IMG/VR virus record: IMGVR_UViG_3300024999_001770
Coordinates: 1,730 to 65,729 of that record
DNA: 64,000 nucleotides
From: a virus
Taxonomy: Duplodnaviria; Caudoviricetes
Direction: 5' to 3' (one strand)
Made by a program: the position numbers and the translations under genes. Below, in pieces: positions 1-9,748 of this stretch. Within the stretch, counting starts at the first letter, position 1, and the number at the start of each line of letters is the position of its first letter. A model generated the notes under the pieces. It ran no database searches. It was not told the origin of the DNA and worked only from the letters and a program-made list of their open reading frames with translations.

Positions 1-847
1 AGGAGTCGAATCAGAAGACCTAATTAAACGTCGAGAACGCTATGATTGCGAGGTGCCTAAAGATGTACTAGTGCTAACCTGTGGAGTTGACGTACAGGAT
101 AACCGGCTTGAATACGAGATCGTCGGCTGGGGGATAGAGTGTGAATCATGGGGAATACAGTACGGTGTAATCATGGGTGATCCTGGGCAATTAACCACAA
201 TTACTAGTCCAAGTGGCGTAAAGATTCAGTCGGTATGGGAGTTACTTGACGCTGTTCTGACTAAGTCTTATCAGCGTGCCGATGGACAGACACTACAAAT
301 CATGACAACCTGCGTCGACACTGGTTATCACACCAAAGCTGTTTATAAGTTTTGCAAACCCAGAGAGATTAGAAGAGTATGGTCTATTAAAGGCAGCAGT
401 GTAAGTAGTGCATCATTTATTAATCGTCCTAAAAAGAGAAATAGTGATGGCGTATGGCTATTTAGCATAGGAGTTGACACGGGCAAAGACTCCCTTACCT
501 CTGATTTAAAGATAGAATTTGAAGGTCCTAGATATTGCCACTTTCCTATTGACGCAGTGAAGGGTTACGATAGGGCCTATTTTGATGGCCTAACGTCAGA
601 GCATCGAGTTGCGCGATGGGTCAAGGGAAAAGAGAAGCTTAACTGGGAAAAACGAACATCTAGCGCAAGGAATGAACCATTTGACCTTCGAAATTATGCT
701 ACAGCAGCCTTCGAGATACTCAATCCACCACTGGAAAAGATAAAAATGTTGCAGGAAACAGGGAGTAATAAGCCGAAAACAGTAACGCAAGGGACAAAAA
801 CAACGCAGAGAAGGTCAGGATTAGCCAGTAAAGGAGTTCAATTATGA
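1..847 (+). CDS. Terminase large subunit (lambda gpA family), 5'-truncated C-terminal nuclease part
   Basis: Frame is open from the window start; motifs LTCGVDVQDNRLE, CVDTGY and RNEPFDLRNYA are typical of gpA; lies upstream of the gpW-like gene and portal. Confidence 0.93.
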   Translation, partial: GVESEDLIKRRERYDCEVPKDVLVLTCGVDVQDNRLEYEIVGWGIECESWGIQYGVIMGDPGQLTTITSPSGVKIQSVWELLDAVLTKSYQRADGQTLQIMTTCVDTGYHTKAVYKFCKPREIRRVWSIKGSSVSSASFINRPKKRNSDGVWLFSIGVDTGKDSLTSDLKIEFEGPRYCHFPIDAVKGYDRAYFDGLTSEHRVARWVKGKEKLNWEKRTSSARNEPFDLRNYATAAFEILNPPLEKIKMLQETGSNKPKTVTQGTKTTQRRSGLASKGVQL

Positions 848-1077
848 GCCGATTAACAGATCTACAGGCCCGTCTAGACCAATATACCAAGTGCGAGATA
901 GCTATTTTGGACGGTGCACAAAGCTATGGCATCGGATCTCGCAACTTAACAAGGGCAAATCTCAAAGATATATCCGATATGATCAAATATTTAGAACAAG
1001 AACTAACCGCAGAACAAGCCAAAGCGTCTGGCAAACGACGTAACTGGTCGGGCGGTATCATCCCCAGGGATTTTTAG
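844..1077 (+). CDS. gpW-like head-tail joining/head completion protein
   Basis: 77 aa with QSYGIGSRNLTRANL motif, between terminase and portal as in lambda-like heads. Confidence 0.8.
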   Translation: MSRLTDLQARLDQYTKCEIAILDGAQSYGIGSRNLTRANLKDISDMIKYLEQELTAEQAKASGKRRNWSGGIIPRDF

Positions 1078-1086
1078 GAGGTCGCC

Positions 1087-2679
1087 ATGAACATCTTCGA
1101 CCGTGCAATATCAGCAGTCGCTCCCGTCACAGCACTCAAGCGAATGGCCGCGAGAAAAACAATCGAGATACTAAACTACGGTTACAGCGAGGGCGGTGCA
1201 TCCGGTCAAAAGAAGTCCATGCGTGGATGGAGGGCCAATGCGACAAGTCCAAAGGATGACATCGACTCAAACCTTAATACCCTTAGAGCAAGATCACGTG
1301 ATCTCTTCATGAATTCCCCCCTTGCTAACGCCGCCTTGAAAACAATCAAGACAAACGTTGTTGGTCCTGGTTTGAAGCTGAAGTGTCATATAGACGCGGA
1401 TAAATTAGGAATAACAGAAGACCATGCGAGTGCTATGGGGCAAGAAATCGAGAGAGAGTTCTCGCTTTGGGCAGAGAGTAAACACTGCGACGCTTTGAAG
1501 ATGAACGACTTTAACGATCTACAAGGTCTCGCATTTCTTGGAGCAATTATGAATGGTGATTCCTTTACCCTTTTTAAATATGCCAAGCCAACAACTTGGA
1601 TGCCGTACGGCCTACGGCTACATGTCATCGAAGGAGACCGGGTTTCAACTCCTTACTCTTCAATCATGCTATCCGGTAATGTCGATGGGATAAACCCAAC
1701 GAACCAAAACAGAATCATCTCTGGTATTGAATTGGATTCTGATGGAGCGGTAATTGCTTATCACGTTTCTAACCAATACCCAATTGCGACTGGCCTAGAC
1801 TCTGGAACAATAAGACAGTGGCAAAGGATCGAGGCATTTGGCAGAAACACAGGTCGACCGAACGTGCTACAGCTCATGGAAACTGAACGAGCAGAACAAC
1901 GGCGTGGTGTTCCGGTGCTTGCGCCGGTTATAGAAACCTTGAAACAACTCACTAGATACACGGAGGCAGAACTCATGGCCTCTGTTGTTGCGGGAATGTT
2001 CACAGTTTTTATTACAACGGATGGACCGACAAGCGAAATGCCATTCGGTAGCATGGTTCCAGTGGAAGATCAAGTTGCCCCATCAGACCCAGCAGTCTAC
2101 GAGATGGGAAATGCAGGGATAAATGTATTGGGCCCGGGAGAGTCGATTGAGACCGCTAATCCCGGAAGACCAAACAGCCAGTTTGATGCATTTGTAACAT
2201 CTTTAACAACTCAAATTGGAGCATCGCTTGAAATACCGCGTGAGTTATTACTCAAAGCATTTACGTCTAGTTACAGCGCAAGCCGAGCAGCCTTGCTTGA
2301 GGCCTATAAGATGTTCAGGACTAGGCGCACATGGACAGCTAAAGAGTTTAATCAACCGGTTTACGAAGAATGGATGGATGAAGCGGTTGGGAGTGGGCGC
2401 ATCAAAGCCCCTGGATATTTCAATGACCCTGCAATTCGGAGGGCTTATCTACGGTCAGAGTGGACAGGCCTTGCTCCCGGTATGCTCAACCCGGCTGTCG
2501 AGGTTGCAGCGGCCGGCAAACGCATTGCATTAGGTCTCGCAACCCGCGAAAAAGAAACAATCGAGCTCACGGGCGGTGATTTCAGCCGCAACTTAAAACA
2601 ACTTGCCCGAGAAGCTAGGCAAATGAGGGAGGCGGGACTTATGGAGGAACTAGTTCCGGTTGTTCCCGTAACGGAGTAA
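1087..2679 (+). CDS. Portal protein, lambda family
   Basis: 530 aa; LRARSRDL, RGVPVLAPV and YSASRAALLE motifs; position. Confidence 0.95.
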   Translation: MNIFDRAISAVAPVTALKRMAARKTIEILNYGYSEGGASGQKKSMRGWRANATSPKDDIDSNLNTLRARSRDLFMNSPLANAALKTIKTNVVGPGLKLKCHIDADKLGITEDHASAMGQEIEREFSLWAESKHCDALKMNDFNDLQGLAFLGAIMNGDSFTLFKYAKPTTWMPYGLRLHVIEGDRVSTPYSSIMLSGNVDGINPTNQNRIISGIELDSDGAVIAYHVSNQYPIATGLDSGTIRQWQRIEAFGRNTGRPNVLQLMETERAEQRRGVPVLAPVIETLKQLTRYTEAELMASVVAGMFTVFITTDGPTSEMPFGSMVPVEDQVAPSDPAVYEMGNAGINVLGPGESIETANPGRPNSQFDAFVTSLTTQIGASLEIPRELLLKAFTSSYSASRAALLEAYKMFRTRRTWTAKEFNQPVYEEWMDEAVGSGRIKAPGYFNDPAIRRAYLRSEWTGLAPGMLNPAVEVAAAGKRIALGLATREKETIELTGGDFSRNLKQLAREARQMREAGLMEELVPVVPVTE

Positions 2680-2725
2680 TCTGATTCGTGCAACTAAAAG
2701 GTTCGACAAGAGGAGGCTAAGATAT

Positions 2726-2956
2726 ATGGAATTAGAAAAAATGAGCGAGTTAGAGTTCGTGGTAAAAACTGCAATCAAAACCAAGCAGTCCCTTGGGCTA
2801 CTGATTGAAATGCCAGGGTTTGAGTTTCCGGAGATGATTGTCAATCCTGTCGAAAACTTAGAAAAGAAACTTGAGTATTACAAAAATACTTATGGTGAAG
2901 ATTTGGAGCATAAGCACGCAAAGGGTATCAAGATCATAGCCTATACTTTTTGCTAA
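2726..2956 (+). CDS. Small hypothetical phage protein
   Basis: RBS GAGGAGG; 76-aa ORF. Confidence 0.65.
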   Translation: MELEKMSELEFVVKTAIKTKQSLGLLIEMPGFEFPEMIVNPVENLEKKLEYYKNTYGEDLEHKHAKGIKIIAYTFC

Positions 2957-2960
2957 TCAT

Positions 2961-3248
2961 TTATTAAAATTGAAAAAGCTGTGTTAAGGAGCAAAAGGGT
3001 AATGATATAATAGGCTGATAGGGGGATGAGTAAATGCATGAATGCGACAAGAAACCAAAAGACGATGCGCAATTTATTAATTTTTATCACGACAGCAAAT
3101 TAGGAGATAATGTCTATTATTGTGATTACTGCGGTGAACGATTGGACGTAACTAAAGAAACGGCGATAAAATATGGTCATCCAAAACGCCGTAAATTCTC
3201 TGATGAGATTCCAGAATGAATACCTTGTTTGTTAAAATTGAAAAAACT
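2961..3248 (+). repeat. Direct repeat TT(A/G)TTAAAATTGAAAAA(G/A)CT at 2961-2980 and 3229-3248 flanking the 61-aa moron
   Basis: 18/20 identity read from the sequence. Confidence 0.7.
3034..3219 (+). CDS. Small Cys-containing moron protein (CDYC)
   Basis: Own extended -10 (TGATATAAT), RBS GGGGG, downstream hairpin, flanked by a 20-bp direct repeat. Confidence 0.6.
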   Translation: MHECDKKPKDDAQFINFYHDSKLGDNVYYCDYCGERLDVTKETAIKYGHPKRRKFSDEIPE

Positions 3249-3256
3249 ATCGATTT

Positions 3257-3282
3257 AACACCCTTACATTAGGGGTGTTTTT
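3257..3282 (+). terminator. Rho-independent terminator
   Basis: AACACCCT-tacatt-AGGGGTGTT followed by a T-run. Confidence 0.65.
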
Positions 3283-3304
3283 CTTATGTTGAGAGGGGCT
3301 GATA

Positions 3305-4495
3305 ATGTTGGAGTTCTGGAACTTTGTAAATAATCCGGAAAATGAAAATGAAGTCGAACTTCGCATCGAAGGAGACATTGTTTGTGGCGATAATGCGTGG
3401 TTATATGAGTGGTTTGGAATACCTGTAGCCTCAAAAAATGCATTTAGGCTTGAATTAGCTAAACACAAGGGTAAGGACATAGTCCTCTGGATTGACTCTA
3501 ATGGCGGGGATGTTTTTGCTGCAACCGGAATGTATAACGCACTAATGGAGCATAAAAAGGATGGCGCAAAAATAACCTCAAAGACTGAAAAGGCCATGAG
3601 TGCTGCAACTATTCCACCCATGGCCGCAGATGAAAGATTGGTAAGCCCTGGATCTATGACCATGGTGCACAACCCTCTTACGGGGATCCGCGGATATGCC
3701 TCTGATCTAAGAAAAACGGCAGATGTACTTGATGAAGTTAAAGAGGCCATCATCAATGCTTATCAGCTCGGGACAGGCAGATCGAGGGAAGATATCTCTC
3801 TGATGATGGACAACGAGACATACATGAGCGCAAGCACAGCGATCAAGGAAGGCTTTGCAACTGGAATACTATACACAGACAAGCAATCCGTGGAGCCTAT
3901 CGAAAATACGTTCATGTTTAGTCGCCAATTGTCCATACAAAACAGTGTCACGGATTCAATGAAGCTGTTTTTTGAGCAACATGGCAAAGATCAAGTAGTT
4001 CCACCTATTACCGCCGTAGTAACGGATCCAAATCAAAAGGAGAGTGGGAACACAGTGGATATTAAAGACATTAAAAACATCGAAGAACTTCGTCAACACC
4101 TTCCGGAGTTTTGCAACCAACTAGAAGCGTCGGCACAAGCAACAGCACAGGCCGCACATGTTACTGCTCAAGCCGCAGCTCAAACTGCAGAGCGTGATCG
4201 CTTAAAAGGTATTGATGAAATTTCAGCTCTGATTGATCCCGCATTGGTCGCCAAGGCAAAATATGAGGAACCAATCACAGCAGAGGCCCTTGCTTTCCAA
4301 GCCTTCAAAGCAAATGCGGCCAAGGGAGAAACTTATGTGGCAACACGCGCAGCAGAGGTGCAAAACTCTGGTTCAAGCGGAGTAGGTGCTGGTGCGGGTC
4401 AAACTCAAGATGAAATTGATTCTGCGCTAGAGGCTGCAATCGTTAACCGAGTTGCAGCATCAGCCAACCAAAAAAGAAAGGTGGAAGCTAACTAA
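3305..4495 (+). CDS. Head maturation protease (ClpP type) with C-terminal scaffold domain
   Basis: IDSNGGDVF, AMSAAT, MVHNP and ETYMSA ClpP motifs; Ala-rich helical C-terminus; internal RBS plus in-frame GTG at 4055. Confidence 0.9.
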   Translation: MLEFWNFVNNPENENEVELRIEGDIVCGDNAWLYEWFGIPVASKNAFRLELAKHKGKDIVLWIDSNGGDVFAATGMYNALMEHKKDGAKITSKTEKAMSAATIPPMAADERLVSPGSMTMVHNPLTGIRGYASDLRKTADVLDEVKEAIINAYQLGTGRSREDISLMMDNETYMSASTAIKEGFATGILYTDKQSVEPIENTFMFSRQLSIQNSVTDSMKLFFEQHGKDQVVPPITAVVTDPNQKESGNTVDIKDIKNIEELRQHLPEFCNQLEASAQATAQAAHVTAQAAAQTAERDRLKGIDEISALIDPALVAKAKYEEPITAEALAFQAFKANAAKGETYVATRAAEVQNSGSSGVGAGAGQTQDEIDSALEAAIVNRVAASANQKRKVEAN

Positions 4496-5481
4496 TGGCA
4501 AAGCAACTTTACGAAGTCGATGCGACTCCAGCCACGTACGACAATCTATTTGCCGACCTTGCTATTACTATTTTAACCAAGGGGATTACCCTTAAAGCTG
4601 CACAAGGGATCATTAAGAGAGGGTCCGTCCTTGGTTTAATCGCCCTTGCTGTAGGGACCATCGTTGTAGGTGATAACACAGGTGACGCAACAATTGCGCC
4701 GGCCACTCTTGCTACAAACGCACAATTGGGAAATTACAAAGTCATTTGCAATAAGGCACCCAATAAACCTCTTGCGGTCGGCGCGATAACTCCAAGCGCT
4801 ACTAATACCGGTGATGCTGCGATTGCTACCGCTGTTTTGGCGACTAATGCTCAGTTGGGAACCTACAAAATAAACTGCATTACAACTGTTAGTCAGGCCG
4901 GTGCTGATGATGCAGTATTCTCAGTATTTGCTCCCGACGGTTCCCGTCTTGCAGATGCCACCCAAGGCGTAGAGTACGCTGGTGGACACCTGGAATTCAC
5001 TATCAGTGATGCAACTGCTGTAGACAGTGTGGTTGGTGATACTTATATCATTGCCGTAGCTGTGGGTGCCAGTGCAAATGACGCTGTTTTCTCAGTATTT
5101 GCTCCCGACGGAAGACGTCTAGTAGATGCTATTCAACACGTAGCCTATGCTGGGGGACATGTAGTCTTTACGATTTCAAACGCAACGGCAGTTGATAGCA
5201 TAGTCGGCGACTCGTATACCATCCCAGTGATTGCAGGTTCCGGCCTTGCTGTTTTAGTCAACAGCGTCAATAAAGATGGGAGTAACTTAGCTGACTCCGT
5301 TTTATCCGACGATGTTGACACCGGAGCTGCTGGAGCGACCACTAACATCACATATGCCGCGTATATTCAGGGTCACTTCAACCGCAAAGCTCTAATCTTT
5401 GGCGGCGCAGATACCGCCGCAGTCCACGAAGATCGATTACGTGACGTTGGTATTGTCCTTAAAGACAATATCGCGTACTAA
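4495..5481 (+). CDS. Head decoration protein (lambda gpD-like) with a nested duplicated insertion
   Basis: YDNLFA...IKRGSVLG N-terminus and AYIQGHFNRKAL...LRDVGIVLK C-terminus; between protease and capsid. Confidence 0.8.
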   Translation: MAKQLYEVDATPATYDNLFADLAITILTKGITLKAAQGIIKRGSVLGLIALAVGTIVVGDNTGDATIAPATLATNAQLGNYKVICNKAPNKPLAVGAITPSATNTGDAAIATAVLATNAQLGTYKINCITTVSQAGADDAVFSVFAPDGSRLADATQGVEYAGGHLEFTISDATAVDSVVGDTYIIAVAVGASANDAVFSVFAPDGRRLVDAIQHVAYAGGHVVFTISNATAVDSIVGDSYTIPVIAGSGLAVLVNSVNKDGSNLADSVLSDDVDTGAAGATTNITYAAYIQGHFNRKALIFGGADTAAVHEDRLRDVGIVLKDNIAY

Positions 5482-5500
5482 AAAGAGGAGGTAAAACACT

Positions 5501-6544
5501 TTGGATTTAAATATTTATCGCACACAGACACTCTTAAAGGTCGTTAGAATCATGCTCCCATCCCACTCATTTCTGCGTTCGACGTTCTTCCCTGGACAAA
5601 CAACCTTTATTACAGAGGATGTCCTAATTGATTACAAGAAGAGCAAGCGCAAAATGGCTCCCTTCGTTGCACCGAGAGCTGGCGGCATCACGATGGAACG
5701 CCAAGGGTATACAGTCCAGCGATATACCGCTCCACGGATCGCGCCACAGCGAATGATCACAATCGATGACATCATGATCCGGGGCATGGGTGAAAATATG
5801 TTCAGCCAACAAACCCCAGCCAACCGCCAAGCTGATCTTCTTGGTCAAGATCTTTTCGAACTGGATGAAATGATCGCCCGTCGTGAAGAATGGATGATTC
5901 GCGAAATCCTTTTCGGTGGAAAAATCACCATGAAAGGGTTCGTTGACAAAACTCTCACGCAGACAGTTGACCAAGAATTGGATTATCAGTTCGGAAACAG
6001 CATTATCCTAGAGACTGGTGATCTCTGGAGCGCAGATACATCTACGAAATATGAAGATCTCAAAGCATGGCGGTTACAGGTCATTCAAAAGTCTGGGTTC
6101 TCTCCAAAGATTGTAATATTCGGGCAGGATGCCAGCACGGAGTTTGTTAATGACGCTGAAATCCAGAAAAAACTTAATCAATTCAATGGGACCCTTGCCA
6201 TAATGAAGCCGTCGGTTATTGATGACGCAGTAACTTATATCGGCGTTCTGCCTGAGCTTGGCCTAGAGCTTTATACCTATAATGAATGGTACATTGACGA
6301 CGCAGGAGTAGAACAACCCATGATTCCAACCGACCACGTCCTAATGGGTCGCAAAAACATGGGAGAATTGCTCTATGGAGCCGTCACCCAGCTTGAGGGC
6401 GGCCAGTTCGTGACGATCGAGGGAACACGTATACCAAAATCATGGGCCAATGAGAATGACGACCAGCGCTTAATCCGTTTGATCTCTAGTCCCGTTCCTC
6501 GTCCGGACGATATCGACGCATGGCTTGTCGCAAAAGTTCTGTAG
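5501..6544 (+). CDS. Major capsid protein (lambda gpE family)
   Basis: 347 aa; KMAPFVAPRAGG, IARREEWM and SSPVP motifs. Confidence 0.93.
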   Translation: MDLNIYRTQTLLKVVRIMLPSHSFLRSTFFPGQTTFITEDVLIDYKKSKRKMAPFVAPRAGGITMERQGYTVQRYTAPRIAPQRMITIDDIMIRGMGENMFSQQTPANRQADLLGQDLFELDEMIARREEWMIREILFGGKITMKGFVDKTLTQTVDQELDYQFGNSIILETGDLWSADTSTKYEDLKAWRLQVIQKSGFSPKIVIFGQDASTEFVNDAEIQKKLNQFNGTLAIMKPSVIDDAVTYIGVLPELGLELYTYNEWYIDDAGVEQPMIPTDHVLMGRKNMGELLYGAVTQLEGGQFVTIEGTRIPKSWANENDDQRLIRLISSPVPRPDDIDAWLVAKVL

Positions 6545-6555
6545 GGGGAATAAGC

Positions 6556-6903
6556 ATGATCGTAGTAGTGAGTAAAAAAGGGGTCAGAGTCAAGGCTCAT
6601 GGAAAATATCACGGCCTTGGCGAGACCATAAACGAGTTAACAGAAGCAGAAGCGAAACGACTAGTTGATGGAGGGACATGTGAATATGCTCCCTCCTCTT
6701 TTGTTCCTCGTGATTCTGTTTCAGACGCTCAGACACCTGATGAGGTCGATAAGGCTGAGGAAGTTAAGGTTGATGAGCAACAAAAAGTACCGGAAGCTGG
6801 CGCGAAGATTAAGCTATCGACAGGCAAAAAAGCAAAGGTAGATACCGAAACGTCCGAGGAGAGTAACGAGGTGGGTCCGGACACATCCCATCCTTTGGTG
6901 TAG
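6556..6903 (+). CDS. Head-associated hypothetical protein
   Basis: ATG 6556 with RBS GGGGG; follows the capsid gene; acidic low-complexity C-terminus. Confidence 0.6.
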   Translation: MIVVVSKKGVRVKAHGKYHGLGETINELTEAEAKRLVDGGTCEYAPSSFVPRDSVSDAQTPDEVDKAEEVKVDEQQKVPEAGAKIKLSTGKKAKVDTETSEESNEVGPDTSHPLV

Positions 6904-6906
6904 CTT

Positions 6907-7215
6907 ATGGGATTCAAGAATTGTATCGATACCGACCTAAAAGTATTCTTAAATATTGACGAATTTTCTGAGCTGCACACCGTTGATGGCGTGCAGCTTT
7001 CAATTGTTGTTGACAATGAAAAGTTGAAGGAACGTCAGGCAAAAGCAGAATACGGATATAAGGGAGATATCCTTTTCTATATCCAAAAAACTGTATATGG
7101 CGATGCTCCAGCAATAGGCCAAATCGTGAACTTTGATGGTGAGGTATGTAGGGTATCTGACTTCCAGGATGATAATGGTATGTACTCAATTACACTGGAG
7201 TCGAACATGTCATGA
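6907..7215 (+). CDS. Head-tail joining protein (gpFII-like)
   Basis: VFLNIDEFSELHTVDG motif; position. Confidence 0.7.
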   Translation: MGFKNCIDTDLKVFLNIDEFSELHTVDGVQLSIVVDNEKLKERQAKAEYGYKGDILFYIQKTVYGDAPAIGQIVNFDGEVCRVSDFQDDNGMYSITLESNMS

Positions 7216-7790
7216 TCTACATCAGCAATGAGGACGTACGGGCCGTTGGACGCCGCCTTGGAGAGTACAACAAAAAAGCTCCTGCCGTTATTATGAGGGC
7301 CTTAAACAGGGCTGCCGATTCTGCAAAGACTGAAGTTGCTAGACAGGCCACTGAAAACTACTGGGTAAAATCTACTGAAGTTAAAAAGACTATGACAATT
7401 ACAAAAGCATCAAAAGGTACGCTACAGGCGGTTGTCACTTCGAAAGCAACTAGAAGAGAATTGATAGCGTTTAAGGTGAGCCCTAAAAAACCAACTCCCA
7501 AAAAACCACCTAAAATGGTAAAAGTGGCGGTTAAAAAAGAAGGTGGATTAAGAGAGTTGCTGGGGACTTTTGTGCAGGCGGGGACATCTAGCGGCAAGCC
7601 ACATGTTTTACAGAGAGCAACATCAAAGAGATACCCTATTCATATCAAGTATGGTCCGTCGGTGCCAGAGATGATTGGAGCAAATTTAAGTAAACGGCAA
7701 TTCAAGCGGTTCGTGGAAGATAAAGTTAAAGAAACATACGAACGGCGCTTAGATCATGAAATCGCTCGGATTATTGAGGGGGGAAGGTAA
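7212..7790 (+). CDS. Minor tail protein Z-like (neck)
   Basis: Basic; RALNRA, RYPI..KYGPSVPEMI and RLDHEI motifs. Confidence 0.8.
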   Translation: MIYISNEDVRAVGRRLGEYNKKAPAVIMRALNRAADSAKTEVARQATENYWVKSTEVKKTMTITKASKGTLQAVVTSKATRRELIAFKVSPKKPTPKKPPKMVKVAVKKEGGLRELLGTFVQAGTSSGKPHVLQRATSKRYPIHIKYGPSVPEMIGANLSKRQFKRFVEDKVKETYERRLDHEIARIIEGGR

Positions 7791-8257
7791 TGATTCCGGT
7801 ACTCTTGCAGGACTTTCTTGTCAAAGAAGCCAAAAAACTGTTTGACGGATTTACCTTGAAGAATGCCAAAGGCGAAGAAGTCCCCCTTAACGTGTGCCCT
7901 CAGCGTCTACCAGCCCGAAAGGGCCAAAAAGACACGGCGCACTACCCTTTCCTCGTTATACAGTTGCTTGATGGCAAAGACCCGACAGAGCTAGGCCCTA
8001 ATCAATGCAGGGTTCTTTTTTATTGCGGTGTATATGATGACACGGACGATTACCAGGGATATCGTGATTCTCTTAATATGATTCAAAAGCTTTATGATCA
8101 TTTAATGCGAAAACGCGTATTCGATAAAAAATATAGGGTCGAATACCCTATTGAATGGTCTGTTACTGAGGAAGATTATTATCCCTATTACTATGCTGGC
8201 TTAGAGACTACTTGGACAGTAGGAAAAATCTCTATGGAAGATGACGAATTAACTTAA
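7790..8257 (+). CDS. Tail terminator/completion protein
   Basis: 155 aa directly before the sheath gene; YPYY motif. Confidence 0.6.
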   Translation: MIPVLLQDFLVKEAKKLFDGFTLKNAKGEEVPLNVCPQRLPARKGQKDTAHYPFLVIQLLDGKDPTELGPNQCRVLFYCGVYDDTDDYQGYRDSLNMIQKLYDHLMRKRVFDKKYRVEYPIEWSVTEEDYYPYYYAGLETTWTVGKISMEDDELT

Positions 8258-8270
8258 AGGAGTTGATAAA

Positions 8271-9731
8271 ATGCCTTATAACCACGGCGTGTATGTGCAG
8301 GAGAATCCTACTTCGGTAGTCGCTCCCCTAACCGCAGACAGTGCAGTACAGGTAATTATAGGCACTGCACCGGTTAACCTGCTTGATGACCCAGCAAGCG
8401 CTTTCAATAAGCCACTTTTGGCTAATACCTTCGCAGAAGCATCGGCAAAGGTAGGTTACTCTGATACATTTGCTGATTATACCCTGTGCCAAGCTATTGA
8501 TGCCAGTTTTCGGGTATTCAACGTGGCGCCCCTGGTACTAATAAACGTGCTAGATCCGGCAACCCACAAAGAATCCATCGCGGCATCCCTGAAAGCTATC
8601 ACAAATAATCAGGTGCTGATTCCTGAAGAGGGAATCTTGAAGGCGGGTCTTGTTGTTAAAAATGAAGAAACCCTTGTTACGTATGACCTTACCGACGATT
8701 ATACCCTTGAGTTTGACACTAGCGGCTATCTGCTTTTGAAAGTTGTCACTGGTGGCCAAATTGCTATTGATGCAGAAACCAAGCTAAGTATTGCATATGA
8801 CAAGCTCAAGCCTAGCCTTGTTGATAAAGATGACATCATAGGCAGCTATACTGCCGCCACTGGTGTATATGCGGGACTTGAATGTGTGTCGCAGGTTTAT
8901 CCCCGGCTGGGGCTAGTCCCCTGCTTGCTGTTAGCGCCAGGCTGGAGTCATATCCCGGAGGTTGGAACTGCTCTGAGCGCTAAGTGTGAGAGCATCAACG
9001 GCGTATTTAAGGCTAATTGCCTAAAGGACATTGACTCTACCGCAAATGGTGTAGTTGAATACTCCAGTGCTAAAGCCTGGAAAGATACAAATTCCTACAC
9101 CGGCAAGCATGATATTGTTTGCTGGCCAATGTGCAAGATCGGGACCAGGAAGTACCACATGAGCGCGTTAATGGCGGCCCTGATCGCTTACACTGACGCT
9201 AGTAATGGCGGGGTGCCTTACGTATCGCCATCAAACAAGAGCATGGGGATATCAGGTGCAATTCTTGATAGCGGTACAGAGGTATTTCTTGACCAGCTTC
9301 AAGCCAACCTCCTCAACGGCGGCGGGATTTGCACCGTGATTAATCTCAATGGCTGGCGTTCTTGGGGAAATAATACCGGCATTTACCCGACTTCAACAGA
9401 CGTAAAGGATCGCTTTATCCCAGTCCGACGTATGTTTGATTGGTGGGGGAATAGCTTTATCCTCACATATTTTCAAAAGGTAGATAGTCCGTTAAATAAA
9501 AGGCTCATAGAGGCGGTTGTCGATAGCGAAAATATTCGAGCCAACGGCTATAAGGCACGGTTCCAGATTGCCGATGCGCATATTGAATACAGTGTGGCAG
9601 AGAACCCGGTCACGGACCTGCTAAACGGAAAGATCACATTCCACCAGTATCTAACCCCGTTCCCCCCAGCAGAAACTATTGTGAATGTGCTTGAGTTCGA
9701 CCCGACTGCTTTAACTGCAGCTCTAGAATAA
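8271..9731 (+). CDS. Contractile tail sheath protein
   Basis: YNHGVYVQE, IGTAPVN, YVSPSNK, WGNNT and FIPVRRMFDW motifs. Confidence 0.95.
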   Translation: MPYNHGVYVQENPTSVVAPLTADSAVQVIIGTAPVNLLDDPASAFNKPLLANTFAEASAKVGYSDTFADYTLCQAIDASFRVFNVAPLVLINVLDPATHKESIAASLKAITNNQVLIPEEGILKAGLVVKNEETLVTYDLTDDYTLEFDTSGYLLLKVVTGGQIAIDAETKLSIAYDKLKPSLVDKDDIIGSYTAATGVYAGLECVSQVYPRLGLVPCLLLAPGWSHIPEVGTALSAKCESINGVFKANCLKDIDSTANGVVEYSSAKAWKDTNSYTGKHDIVCWPMCKIGTRKYHMSALMAALIAYTDASNGGVPYVSPSNKSMGISGAILDSGTEVFLDQLQANLLNGGGICTVINLNGWRSWGNNTGIYPTSTDVKDRFIPVRRMFDWWGNSFILTYFQKVDSPLNKRLIEAVVDSENIRANGYKARFQIADAHIEYSVAENPVTDLLNGKITFHQYLTPFPPAETIVNVLEFDPTALTAALE

Positions 9732-9748
9732 AGGAGGCGTAACCAGTT

